From the IMG/VR virus record IMGVR_UViG_3300028805_000095: a DNA stretch of 64,000 nucleotides; one strand, written 5' to 3'. Shown here in pieces: positions 9,077-18,539 of the stretch; position 1 is the stretch's first letter; every line of letters begins with the position of its first letter. The notes below the pieces were generated by a model that made no database searches, was not told the DNA's origin, and saw nothing but the letters and a program-made list of their open reading frames with translations. Both the position numbers and the translations under genes were made by a program. This DNA is from an uncultured virus (IMG/VR IMGVR_UViG_3300028805_000095) (Duplodnaviria; Heunggongvirae; Uroviricota; Caudoviricetes).

Positions 9077-10363
9077 ATGTCAAATTATTTTGATGAAATC
9101 ATAGGATATGAGAATATCAAAAAGGAGTTGATGATTATTAGCGATATGCTTAATAATCCGGAAGAATATAAGAAACTTGGTGTATTTTGTAAAGAAGGTG
9201 TATTATTATATGGATTCCCTGGAACTGGTAAGACAACAATGGCTAAATGCTTATTAAAATCTGTAGAATCTAATAGAAAATCTTATATAATCCGCAAAAA
9301 TGATGCTGATGGAGATTTTATAAAGTATATTACAGATACATTTAATCAAGCAAAATCTAATGCTCCGGCTATAATATTATTAGATGATTTAGATAAGTTT
9401 TCCGATAATGAAAAAGCACTAGATACATCAGAATTTGTAACGGTGCAATCATGTATTGATGATGTTAAAGATATAGATGTATTTGTAATTGCTACATGTA
9501 ATGATGATAGTAAATTACCAAATTCTCTTAAACGATCAGGTAGACTTGGAAAAACTTTATATGTAAGTATACCAATTTATAAAGAAGCTGTAGAGATTAT
9601 TAAGTATTATATAAATAAATCTGGAAGATGTGCAGATGATATTGATATTGATAGCATTGCCGCTATATTAAATGGAGAATCGTGTGCAACACTAGAGAAT
9701 ATTATTAATAATGCAGCTATTCTGGCGGCATATAATAGACAAGAAACTGTAACATTACAGAATATAGTTGATGTAGCCATAGAACATTTTTATCTATCTC
9801 GAGAAAATATGAATGAAATATCTGATGATTTCAAGAGACGAGTAGCATATCATGAAGCTGGACATACTGTTATATCTGAACTATTACGTCCTGGTTCTGT
9901 AGCTATGGTTTCTATTAGAGATAATTGTACTTATGGAGGAGATTTTGGATTTACCAAAAGATTTTACAGAAATCAATATGACCAATTTAATTCAGATAAT
10001 AATACTGTTGATATAAAAATACATTTAGCAGGCAAAGCAATTGTTGAATTAATTTATGGTGTTGCAGATATAGGTGTTACGTCTGATCTGAGTAATGCTT
10101 ATATGAATGCTGAAACAATAATAGGTCATTATGCATCTTTAGGATTCTATAATTTCTCTTGCAAATGGAATGGTGATGATTCTGCGGTTAATAATAGAAA
10201 AAATATTGCTATATCTTTCTTACTTGAGAAAGAATATATGGAAGTAAAGAAAATGCTAGCAGAACATAGAGAGTTAGTAGATAAGATTGTAGATGCTCTC
10301 ATGGAGAAGACTACATTAGTTTACTCAGAAATTCAAGAAATAATCAAACCATATAGGGAGTAG
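9077..10363 (+). CDS. soluble FtsH-like AAA+ ATPase / M41 zinc metalloprotease
   Basis: Walker A GFPGTGKT, Walker B ILLDD, LKRSGRL arginine finger, AYHEAGH zinc motif; no transmembrane segment. Confidence 0.85.
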   Translation: MSNYFDEIIGYENIKKELMIISDMLNNPEEYKKLGVFCKEGVLLYGFPGTGKTTMAKCLLKSVESNRKSYIIRKNDADGDFIKYITDTFNQAKSNAPAIILLDDLDKFSDNEKALDTSEFVTVQSCIDDVKDIDVFVIATCNDDSKLPNSLKRSGRLGKTLYVSIPIYKEAVEIIKYYINKSGRCADDIDIDSIAAILNGESCATLENIINNAAILAAYNRQETVTLQNIVDVAIEHFYLSRENMNEISDDFKRRVAYHEAGHTVISELLRPGSVAMVSIRDNCTYGGDFGFTKRFYRNQYDQFNSDNNTVDIKIHLAGKAIVELIYGVADIGVTSDLSNAYMNAETIIGHYASLGFYNFSCKWNGDDSAVNNRKNIAISFLLEKEYMEVKKMLAEHRELVDKIVDALMEKTTLVYSEIQEIIKPYRE

Positions 10364-10406
10364 ATTACTACTCCCTGCTATTTTATTAAAGTCAATCAAT
10401 AATTAT

Positions 10407-11293
10407 AATGAATCAACACAAGACGATATGTCACAATCTATGAATGAATCATTTGACATGATATTTCAGTGTTAAACAATGAATCCTAAAATCGAAATAT
10501 TTCAGAGTAAACCGAATGAGCTATATAAGATACATATATCAATGATATCGAAGCGAATCTATGGCAATAGATATATCAATACTTTGAGAATGAGCCACTA
10601 CAACGAATATATCAAAAATGAGTAAACGAATCATATGTTTGTATATTTCACACAAGGAAAATGAACCATTGAAGAACAATATTTCACAGTAATTGAAGTG
10701 AATCTAGAGAAGCCGATATTTCAATTATCATATGAATGAATCACGGAAATTAGAATATTTCACGGCAGCCTAAATGAATCTAGAACATAAAAATATCATA
10801 GCCCATTAATGAATCAGAGTTCATAATATATCATCATAGAATAAATGAGTCACATAGGATTAAAATTTCATAATGATCACAACGAATCACTTTATAAAAA
10901 TATTTCAATAATGAATAAATGAGCCTATATCTGTTATATCTCAACGAAAGGTTAACGAATCGTGCAATATAAATATTTCATGGAAAGTTAAATGAATCTA
11001 GGCTGACCAATATGTCAAGATGTGGTAAATGAATCATATACTATCGATATTTCGAGCCGATTGCAATGAATCAAAATAGAATAATATATCAAAGATTATA
11101 TTAATGAATCAACATGAATAAATATATCAAAATATTGTAAATGAATCACACTTAGTCAATATTTCAAAATGAATGCAATGAATCATGAAACATAAATATA
11201 TCAACAAACATTGAATGAATCGGAGTATTACGATTATATCACACATAATGAAATGAATCACATTCTTCCGATATTTCAAAATGCTGGGAATGA
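10407..11293 (+). repeat. TIGR-like dual-repeat array 3 (about 24 units)
   Basis: Same two alternating 9-mers, unique spacers, period about 36.8 nt; ends at a terminator. Confidence 0.9.
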
Positions 11294-11297
11294 AAAG

Positions 11298-11334
11298 AAC
11301 CACTAGGGATTAACTCCCTAGTGGTTTATTTTTT
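11298..11334. terminator. probable bidirectional intrinsic terminator closing array 3
   Basis: AACCACTAGGGA-TTAAC-TCCCTAGTGGTT followed by a T-rich tract, between convergent units. Confidence 0.8.
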
Positions 11335-12070
11335 AAGTTCTACTAATCATATTATGTCTATTTGCCGCAGTATGAGGTGTCATGTAATTAATATCGATCA
11401 AATTGGAATATATGTTGCACCCTAATAGATACACATTCAGTGTATTCTTGGCTATACTATCTGCTTTACCTACATTATAATCATTCATGGATACACTACC
11501 CTTAGCAGAAATAATACTATTCATCTCAGCAGATGCTTTCATACTATCTGCTCTTACTCTAGATAATTCATCCATAGTAAAGTCTAATCCATATGCAGCT
11601 AATGACTCAAACTCTCTATCTGTTTCCTTAGCACCCTTATCTTCAGATGTAAGCATACCAGTCTTCATATCTCTCTTTTCTGTATTTAATGCCACATGAG
11701 ATTTCTTATAAACCATTTGCTGCATTCTCTTGATATGAAGATAAATAACCATACACTCTTGAGATTGTACAGCTTTACCATCTAGACTCTTATATACATG
11801 AGGCATATTTACTCTCTCGATTAATGGTTTATTCAATATTTTAAATGCCTCTATAATCTGTTCCATCTTAGGTTCTATTTTAAATATCTCATAATGGAAT
11901 CTTAAAGGTAATCTTCTCTCAAAGAAATGATAAAATTCATTATCATTCATCTTAGAAAAAATTCCTCTATAATAATCAGAATTAGTATGAGAGGGATCTA
12001 TAGCATCAAGTACTCTGTAAATAAGTACTTCAGCATCTTCTCTCTGCTTAGGTGTAATTAATTCAGCCAT
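11333..12070 (-). CDS. RNA polymerase beta subunit, C-terminal fragment (second enzyme, likely the virion RNAP)
   Basis: YLHIKRMQQMVYKKSH, KGAKETDREFESLAAYG, ELSRVRADS and TLNVYLLG parallel RpoB YMLKLxH, GQRFGEMEVWALEAYG and EMLTVKSDD. Confidence 0.7.
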   Translation of the reverse strand: MAELITPKQREDAEVLIYRVLDAIDPSHTNSDYYRGIFSKMNDNEFYHFFERRLPLRFHYEIFKIEPKMEQIIEAFKILNKPLIERVNMPHVYKSLDGKAVQSQECMVIYLHIKRMQQMVYKKSHVALNTEKRDMKTGMLTSEDKGAKETDREFESLAAYGLDFTMDELSRVRADSMKASAEMNSIISAKGSVSMNDYNVGKADSIAKNTLNVYLLGCNIYSNLIDINYMTPHTAANRHNMISRT

Positions 12071-12561
12071 TATTTATTCTCCTTATCAGTATTAACCTCT
12101 ATATCTGCTCCATATAATCCTATAATATTTAAATTAGAGAGTTTCTTATGTTCTCCGCTAAATCCGATTAAGAATTTAGTATCCTTGGGAATCTCTTTCT
12201 TGAATTGCATAACTATATATTTCGGTATTACTAATTCTATGTAATTAGTAGCTGTATAGTTTGTAGGAATTATAGTATTATTTGACAAATGAGTTTTAGG
12301 TTTATTATAAAGATATTCTACAGGACCATCTCCCTTATCTACTAATGGAAATAATATAGGTACATAGAATTTACCTATTACATCAGTGTAACTATTCTCC
12401 ATAGTCTTATAGGTTTTTCCTGCCATATCATACTTAATTAGTGTTTCTAATGATAAATCGTCTTCAGATAATTCAGGAAGTGTTATAGCTTCCATAAGAT
12501 GTGCTATTTCGATTACTAGTTCAGTATAGTAATCATTATCATTATTATTTGTTATATTCAT
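12070..12561 (-). CDS. hypothetical (possible virion) protein
   Basis: 163 aa, AAGGAG RBS, preceded by AACA-N6-TA. Confidence 0.65.
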   Translation of the reverse strand: MNITNNNDNDYYTELVIEIAHLMEAITLPELSEDDLSLETLIKYDMAGKTYKTMENSYTDVIGKFYVPILFPLVDKGDGPVEYLYNKPKTHLSNNTIIPTNYTATNYIELVIPKYIVMQFKKEIPKDTKFLIGFSGEHKKLSNLNIIGLYGADIEVNTDKENK

Positions 12562-12579
12562 AAGCGTAAATCTCCTTAT

Positions 12580-12591
12580 TAATCAAATGTT
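12580..12591 (-). promoter_or_regulatory. AR9-type late promoter-like motif AACA-N6-TA
   Basis: Minus strand AACATTTGATTA just upstream of the RBS. Confidence 0.5.
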
Positions 12592-12733
12592 CGAGCTGGT
12601 GAAATATTGATAATTTATTTATACTTGAACTTAATGATAATCAGATTAAAATTTTCTGATTTAAAAGTAATTTGAATTATAAATAATATAAATGTAAGAG
12701 ATTAGATTTATTTATTATGGAGGTATTATAACT

Positions 12734-13222
12734 ATGAAAATGACACCAGAGGGAATGCTTTTTGATGATGTATATGAATTGACTTATTACGTATTGGAAG
12801 AACTTGGATTACAATTATTACCAGATGGAAAGATATTTGATCCTATCAAGAATGAGATATTATCTTTCAATGGCATGATTATCAAAGGTTCAGTAAATCC
12901 TAATAAGATAAATTATGCAGGACAGGGAGAGATTACATTAGACTTATTGAATAATGTAAGATTAACCACTGTACTCTTTGGAAGATTTCTTCAGAGTAAA
13001 ATGGCTGAGGGTATGCCTTTTGTATCTCAATATACAGAAGAATATGTAGATGATACAGAAGTGAAATTTAATAGACTTGTGGTAAAACACGATACTTATA
13101 ATCAGACGGTATCGAGGTATTACCACAATAAGTGTTTAAAGTTTATTGATATGATTTTTTTACTTGATGATGATAATGTGGAATTAAGAAACTTTGACAC
13201 TACTATAGATGATGAAATGTAG
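12734..13222 (+). CDS. hypothetical protein
   Basis: 162 aa, GGAGGT RBS. Confidence 0.75.
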   Translation: MKMTPEGMLFDDVYELTYYVLEELGLQLLPDGKIFDPIKNEILSFNGMIIKGSVNPNKINYAGQGEITLDLLNNVRLTTVLFGRFLQSKMAEGMPFVSQYTEEYVDDTEVKFNRLVVKHDTYNQTVSRYYHNKCLKFIDMIFLLDDDNVELRNFDTTIDDEM

Positions 13223-13233
13223 GAGGTGATTAT

Positions 13234-13428
13234 ATGGTAATTAAATCAGAACGAGAGTTTAAACAAGCTCTAAATAAATATAAGCGAGAAAATCCTAATT
13301 GGATACATGAGATAGAAGTTGAATATCAACCAATAGAAGAAGCACCAGAAAAAGAAGAGAAGAAATCAAGTTTTATATCTGATGTCTTTTCTATAATGGA
13401 AACTGTGCTTGATATAATGTGGAGATAG
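13234..13428 (+). CDS. hypothetical protein
   Basis: 64 aa, AGGAGGTG RBS. Confidence 0.6.
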   Translation: MVIKSEREFKQALNKYKRENPNWIHEIEVEYQPIEEAPEKEEKKSSFISDVFSIMETVLDIMWR

Positions 13429-13445
13429 TAATGGAGAGATAAGCA

Positions 13446-14108
13446 ATGAGTAGTTACATGGATAAGAAAACACTAGATTGTGATATGAACGAGTGCAATA
13501 AGAAATGTCCTCATTATAAAGATTGCTTAGCTGAATTTAAATTAGGTGGTAGAGGGACTAATAATCCCTCTACACTATCTGCTGAGATATCTAATTTTGA
13601 GATATATGATAATAGTAATACACCAGATAATTTTAAGATTAATATCTGTGAAGTTCCTGGGTTATTAATCAATAAGGCTATCATATCACAGTTTAATTCT
13701 AAAGAAGAACCTGAAGTTAAGAATATCATTACAGCGGCATTAAATAAATTTGTTATTCCTAATGATAATGATGTAAAGTCATCTATTATCAAATATGATT
13801 CTATGAAATATCATTTTGTATTTAATTGTGTAGACTGCAATGGATTGAATGATTTTGTAGATTATGCTACAGATGATAATGTTTCTTTTTACTGTAGATA
13901 TTGTGGTAAGAAACATAAGTTTGATTTAACTAAAGTTATGGATACTACAAATAATCATGAAGACAAAGAATCTGCATCACAAAAATATTTAAATGAATTT
14001 ATAGCATTGGGAAATTGTGATGGATGTACAACTCATGGTTGTGAAAGAACTTTGGGATGGGCTGTAACTTGTAAGAAGTTTTTAGATTATATTATGGAGA
14101 AGAAGTAA
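13446..14108 (+). CDS. Cys-rich hypothetical protein
   Basis: Several CxxC pairs. Confidence 0.65.
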   Translation: MSSYMDKKTLDCDMNECNKKCPHYKDCLAEFKLGGRGTNNPSTLSAEISNFEIYDNSNTPDNFKINICEVPGLLINKAIISQFNSKEEPEVKNIITAALNKFVIPNDNDVKSSIIKYDSMKYHFVFNCVDCNGLNDFVDYATDDNVSFYCRYCGKKHKFDLTKVMDTTNNHEDKESASQKYLNEFIALGNCDGCTTHGCERTLGWAVTCKKFLDYIMEKK

Positions 14109-14371
14109 TGGATAATGTAGAAGTTAAAGAAGTTAAATCAACCACTAAAATTCATCATTTTACATGTGATGATTGTGGTGCTGATTTAGGTTCATATGAA
14201 GAATATGAAGATGGATATTATAAAGTGCCCAAAAGATTTCATATTGAACACGTCAAACTAAAAGGTCATTATTGTAAAGAATGTGGTATGAAACGTGTTA
14301 ATGAAGTAGTTGATTTTGCAAGATCAAAAGGTTTTGATATCGATAATCATGTATGGGGGCAGCTGGGCTAA
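14108..14371 (+). CDS. zinc-finger hypothetical protein
   Basis: CDDCG...HYCKEC. Confidence 0.65.
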   Translation: MDNVEVKEVKSTTKIHHFTCDDCGADLGSYEEYEDGYYKVPKRFHIEHVKLKGHYCKECGMKRVNEVVDFARSKGFDIDNHVWGQLG

Positions 14372-14550
14372 TGAATGGTTTTCTTAAAGCAATAGGTGCT
14401 TTTGTATTTTCATTATTTCTAATGGGATTACCTGTTCTATTGACTCTTAGTATTGTACTACAATGGAATGCAATTGTAATGTATCTACTAATAATTGTAA
14501 ATTTAATAGAATTAGGAATGTTTACAATGGGATTAGCTTCAGGAGATTAA
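14371..14550 (+). CDS. small membrane protein
   Basis: Two hydrophobic segments; TAATG coupling. Confidence 0.55.
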   Translation: MNGFLKAIGAFVFSLFLMGLPVLLTLSIVLQWNAIVMYLLIIVNLIELGMFTMGLASGD

Positions 14551-14586
14551 TTATGGAAGAATTTAAGGAAAGGAGGTAAGTAAGTC

Positions 14587-15841
14587 ATGGTAGATAAACA
14601 ATTTATCTTAAACGATGACCAAGAAAAAATAGTAACTGCAGGTGTGAAGTTCCTTAGATCAGATGGACCACAGGAATTCCAGTTCACGGGCCCTGCAGGT
14701 ACTTAGTTGAACTGGAAAATCAGTTGTACTTCATGAGATTATAAAACGAGCTCATTTATCGCCTGATCAATATGTATGTTGCTCATTCACTGGTTCAGCT
14801 GCCGTGGTGATGAGGACAAGAGGATTTACACATGCAAGGTCTTTACATTCTCTTCTATATGAACTTGTAAAAGTTCCTGTAGTGAAGTATAATCTAGATG
14901 GTTCATTAAATCCTGCTTATGATACCTCTTTGAATAAACCTAAATATGAGTATAAATTTGTACCAAGGGAAGTAGGAACTCTAGATCCTAAAATTCAAGT
15001 TATAATAATAGATGAAGGGTATATGGTTCCTGATTGGATGAAGAAAGATATTCTTAAACATGGTAAGAAGGTTATTGTTGCTGGAGATGCAAATCAGTTA
15101 CCTCCTATTGGTGGAGAACCTGCATTCTTAACTGGTGAAGGGGTAATGAGATTGACTCAGATAATGAGACAGCAGGAAAATAATCCTATTGTATATATTG
15201 CGAATCGGATACTTAACAACGAACCTATACATTGTGGATTATATGGAAATAGAGTGCTTGTTATACCAGATACAGAACTAACTACTGATATGGTTATGGA
15301 TGTAGGAAACATTATATGCGGAACAAATAAGACTAGAGATTATTTCAATAATAAGATAAGAGATATGCTTGGATTAGATCCTCGTATTCCTACATATGGT
15401 GACAGAGTAATCTGTAGAAATAATAACTGGCAATTAGTGAAAGACAATATAGCATTGGCAAATGGCTTATCTGGAGTTATATGTTCTCCTGTAAGTATAA
15501 ACTCATATAGTGTGACATCTAACGCTGTTGCTATAGATTTTCTACCTGATTTGCTTGATACACCTTTCAATAACTTATTAATAAATTATAGTTACCTCTG
15601 CGGAGATTATGAGACTCGTAATAAGATAAAAGAGGATAAGTTTGCTACTATAGGTAATGGTGAACTATTTGAGTATGCATATGCATTGACCACTCACTTA
15701 GCGCAGGGCTCTGAATATCCTTGTGGAATATTCTATGAAGAATATCTCAGGTCAAATATTCAGAAACAACTCTGTTATACAGGTGTAACTCGATTTAAAG
15801 AGTTCATGATTTACGTAAAGAAGACTACAAAATATTATTAA
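14587..15841 (+). CDS. Dda/RecD-like SF1B helicase; Walker A interrupted by a 10-nt insert (join 14587..14703,14714..15841; 414 aa)
   Basis: AAGGAGGT RBS; MVDKQFILNDDQEK...TGPAGT then TAG; resumes in the +1 frame as GKSVVLHE...FTGSAA; later IIIDE, GDANQLPP, TQIMRQ, YAYALTTHLAQGSEY, YTGVTR. Confidence 0.85.
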
Positions 15842-15946
15842 ATTATTATAGACAGAACAGTAAGATAAAAGAATCAATAATTAGTAAGGACGATGGTTGT
15901 TCTTACTAATTATTATTCCCGTTTTCTTCAAAAAGGAGAAAAATTT

Positions 15947-16546
15947 ATGGATAATAAACATCTTGGAAAGAGAATACTTCAACAAGAAGAAGAGAAAAAG
16001 AAAGGATTAAATCCTTTTGTATTTTATAATAAGACAGAAAAAGGTGTAAAACCTTTTGAAGAGTTAAGTGAATCTGTAAATCATGAACACAGATTTGCTA
16101 TAATGCGTACTACTGAGAATGGTAAGTATGTAAGATCAGGACAATTATGGTTTTCTCTTAATGGAGTTGAGATATTCACTGATTTAGATAATATAATTTA
16201 TGTAGATACTATCAATAATACCTTTATTGTAAAGAACGGGGATAAGATTATTGAAGAAATATCACCTGAAGACCCTGAACAAAGACAGTATGTCTTACTC
16301 ATGAAATGTGTAGATGATAATGAGGAAGAATACTTCAAATGGGAATCGATGATAGGCAGAACATATTGTTATAATTATATTGTGAATAATATAGATTTAT
16401 TCAGTATATATCCAGATGAGTCATTCGTACTAACAGAGAGAGTATCACTCAAAGATGCAATAACAATCTCTGAGTTTGTTAGATACTTAAAGAACGCTGA
16501 ATTGGTCGAAGAAGACGGATTTGATATCGATGAATACATATATTAA
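15947..16546 (+). CDS. hypothetical protein
   Basis: ATG at 15947 after AAAGGAG; AACA-N6-TA at 15856-15867. Confidence 0.7.
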   Translation: MDNKHLGKRILQQEEEKKKGLNPFVFYNKTEKGVKPFEELSESVNHEHRFAIMRTTENGKYVRSGQLWFSLNGVEIFTDLDNIIYVDTINNTFIVKNGDKIIEEISPEDPEQRQYVLLMKCVDDNEEEYFKWESMIGRTYCYNYIVNNIDLFSIYPDESFVLTERVSLKDAITISEFVRYLKNAELVEEDGFDIDEYIY

Positions 16547-16618
16547 AAATAATTATAATTATATATAATATATATGATAGATGAAGAAGAATTTGTGCGA
16601 AAGGAGTAGAATAATTAA

Positions 16619-17038
16619 ATGAGTAACTATTTTACTTCATCCATTAAACATTGGGGTACGGACGATTTTATACCATTACTTAAACCTGAAGACATCCAGC
16701 GTTCAGCTAAGGAGAGGATATTCAGAGAAATGGTTAGGGGAAAAATCGACTACACCCAATATGGCAGATATTATCTCGACAGTAAGTTTTTGGCGAATTT
16801 GATAGTCGCTTGTGATAATGAACTTACTAATAATGCCGTTATAGCTAGAGCATTAGAGCTGTATGACACAGTCGACCCAGGGCACATTGAAATCATTCAT
16901 AATAGAACTAGATATACATATCTTGTAAGTATATATAGTCTTTTATTGGATAGATTAAGAACATTGGAAGTTACTGGTAATGTCGGCGTGCTAACAGATA
17001 TTCAATATGTCCTAAACGGTATTAATAAGTATATTTAG
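16619..17038 (+). CDS. hypothetical protein
   Basis: 139 aa, AAGGAG RBS. Confidence 0.75.
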   Translation: MSNYFTSSIKHWGTDDFIPLLKPEDIQRSAKERIFREMVRGKIDYTQYGRYYLDSKFLANLIVACDNELTNNAVIARALELYDTVDPGHIEIIHNRTRYTYLVSIYSLLLDRLRTLEVTGNVGVLTDIQYVLNGINKYI

Positions 17039-17049
17039 GAGGTAATATC

Positions 17050-17481
17050 ATGACAAAGGCTCACCTTGAACAATTTCTCCAGACGTGTAAAGAAGCGGGA
17101 ATTGAGAAATGGACTTTAAGATTCGAAGGTGGAAACCGTAGTGTTACTCACGGAAATGATAGTACTAGAATCATTCTTCGTGATGACGACCTGATAATTA
17201 TAGAACCTACCCATAACTATGCTACACCTAATGGCCAGTTCAACATAACTACCTGTACATATGAGATGATTGATAATGTGAGAGTACTTGATGTACCTTT
17301 CGCAGAATCTATTGATATCTTTAAAGGCCTTGGCATTTATGATGAAGAGCTTGAAGATATGGTTAAGCATAGCGTAAAGAGACAACCTATAATTCCAGGT
17401 ACTGGTGGATTTGCTACCATTAAAGATTCTGAAGGAAAAGACGTCGTTCCTCCAGGATCTTCAGGTTATATAACAGAATAA
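17050..17481 (+). CDS. hypothetical protein
   Basis: 143 aa, AGGAGGT RBS. Confidence 0.75.
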   Translation: MTKAHLEQFLQTCKEAGIEKWTLRFEGGNRSVTHGNDSTRIILRDDDLIIIEPTHNYATPNGQFNITTCTYEMIDNVRVLDVPFAESIDIFKGLGIYDEELEDMVKHSVKRQPIIPGTGGFATIKDSEGKDVVPPGSSGYITE

Positions 17482-17532
17482 CCTATTATCTTTTTAATGA
17501 CAGAAAAAATATATTATTGGAGGTACCAAATT

Positions 17533-18369
17533 ATGTTTGGAAACGGATATGGTAACATGGGATTCCCTCAGGGAACAGGATATCAGTATATGGGCGCACC
17601 TGTAGCTCCTCAGAAGATTAATAACGTATTAACTAATGAAGAGATTCAGAAGCTCATCCAGAAGGAAAACCAGTTCAGTCTTCAGTTAACTGAAACAGAA
17701 GTATTAAGAGCTAAATGTAATCATAGAATGGCAGATGGTCTTAAGGATGCAATCGTAGAAGATCCTGTTACAGGAGTTTCAAGATGTTCTATCTGTGGTT
17801 ATGAGTTCAGACCTCTTCAGGTTCAGACTTCTATTGAAACAATTCAGGAAGCTGTTGATAATATTGTTGACGTTCTTCATACTATCAAACTTTTATATTT
17901 AAGCTTACCTGCAGATGTAGCAGCAGAATATTTCCAGATCATTCCTTTGATTGAGAAGATTCCTAAGCTCTTCGAGTATGCAGTTAAAGATTATACAAAG
18001 CATGAAGGTGCTAACCCTTATGCATATAACAATAAGAACATGTCTACACTCAATCTCTTCCAGATGCTTTGTGGCGGTGGAATGCCTATGGGACAGTCTT
18101 ATATGGGTGCACCTACAGTTGATCCTAATGCTCAGGCAGCACAGCCTCAGATGGCACAGCCTTATCCTCAGATGGCTCCTGGTTACAGCATGCCTTACGG
18201 TAATCCTTACGGAATGCCTTCGAACGGATTCGGATTTAATCCTGGATACATGCCTCAGACATCAGGATTCCAGTACAACTCACAGCCTGCTCCTGCAGCA
18301 GATGCTAATGCACAGGCAGCAGCCCCTGCACCTGCAGCTACAACAGTTACAGAAACATTCAAAGCTTAA
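17533..18369 (+). CDS. Zn-binding protein with a low-complexity Q/P/G/Y/M tail
   Basis: CNH...CSICG motif; GGAGGT RBS; prion-like C-terminus. Confidence 0.75.
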   Translation: MFGNGYGNMGFPQGTGYQYMGAPVAPQKINNVLTNEEIQKLIQKENQFSLQLTETEVLRAKCNHRMADGLKDAIVEDPVTGVSRCSICGYEFRPLQVQTSIETIQEAVDNIVDVLHTIKLLYLSLPADVAAEYFQIIPLIEKIPKLFEYAVKDYTKHEGANPYAYNNKNMSTLNLFQMLCGGGMPMGQSYMGAPTVDPNAQAAQPQMAQPYPQMAPGYSMPYGNPYGMPSNGFGFNPGYMPQTSGFQYNSQPAPAADANAQAAAPAPAATTVTETFKA

Positions 18370-18419
18370 TTTAATTACTAAGCAAATTCAAATTCATCTA
18401 TCAAATAAAACAGACTCTT

Positions 18420-18448
18420 GGCTCAGAGTTTCATACTCTGAGCCTTTT
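18420..18448 (+). terminator. intrinsic terminator
   Basis: GGCTCAGAGT-TTCAT-ACTCTGAGCC-TTTT. Confidence 0.75.
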
Positions 18449-18539
18449 GTCCGTCTTTGTTAATTTTTAAATGAGGATATACTTTTTGGTAATCCTCGAA
18501 AACCTAAAGATATATCACATAGTTTAGGAGAAAGATATA

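Noticed and set aside
7122..11293. Arrays as CRISPR
   Set aside because: They alternate two 9-nt repeats with ~9-nt spacers, have no 23-47 nt direct repeat, and no cas genes are in the window.
2842..11293. Self-targeting or shared spacers between arrays
   Set aside because: Only partial similarities were seen (e.g. TGGAAAG, ATGGTA), as expected by chance for 9-mers in AT-rich DNA; a computed search is needed.
14704..14706. TAG recoding (alternative genetic code) explaining the helicase break
   Set aside because: A frame change is needed, not just readthrough, and TAG terminates many intact genes in this window.
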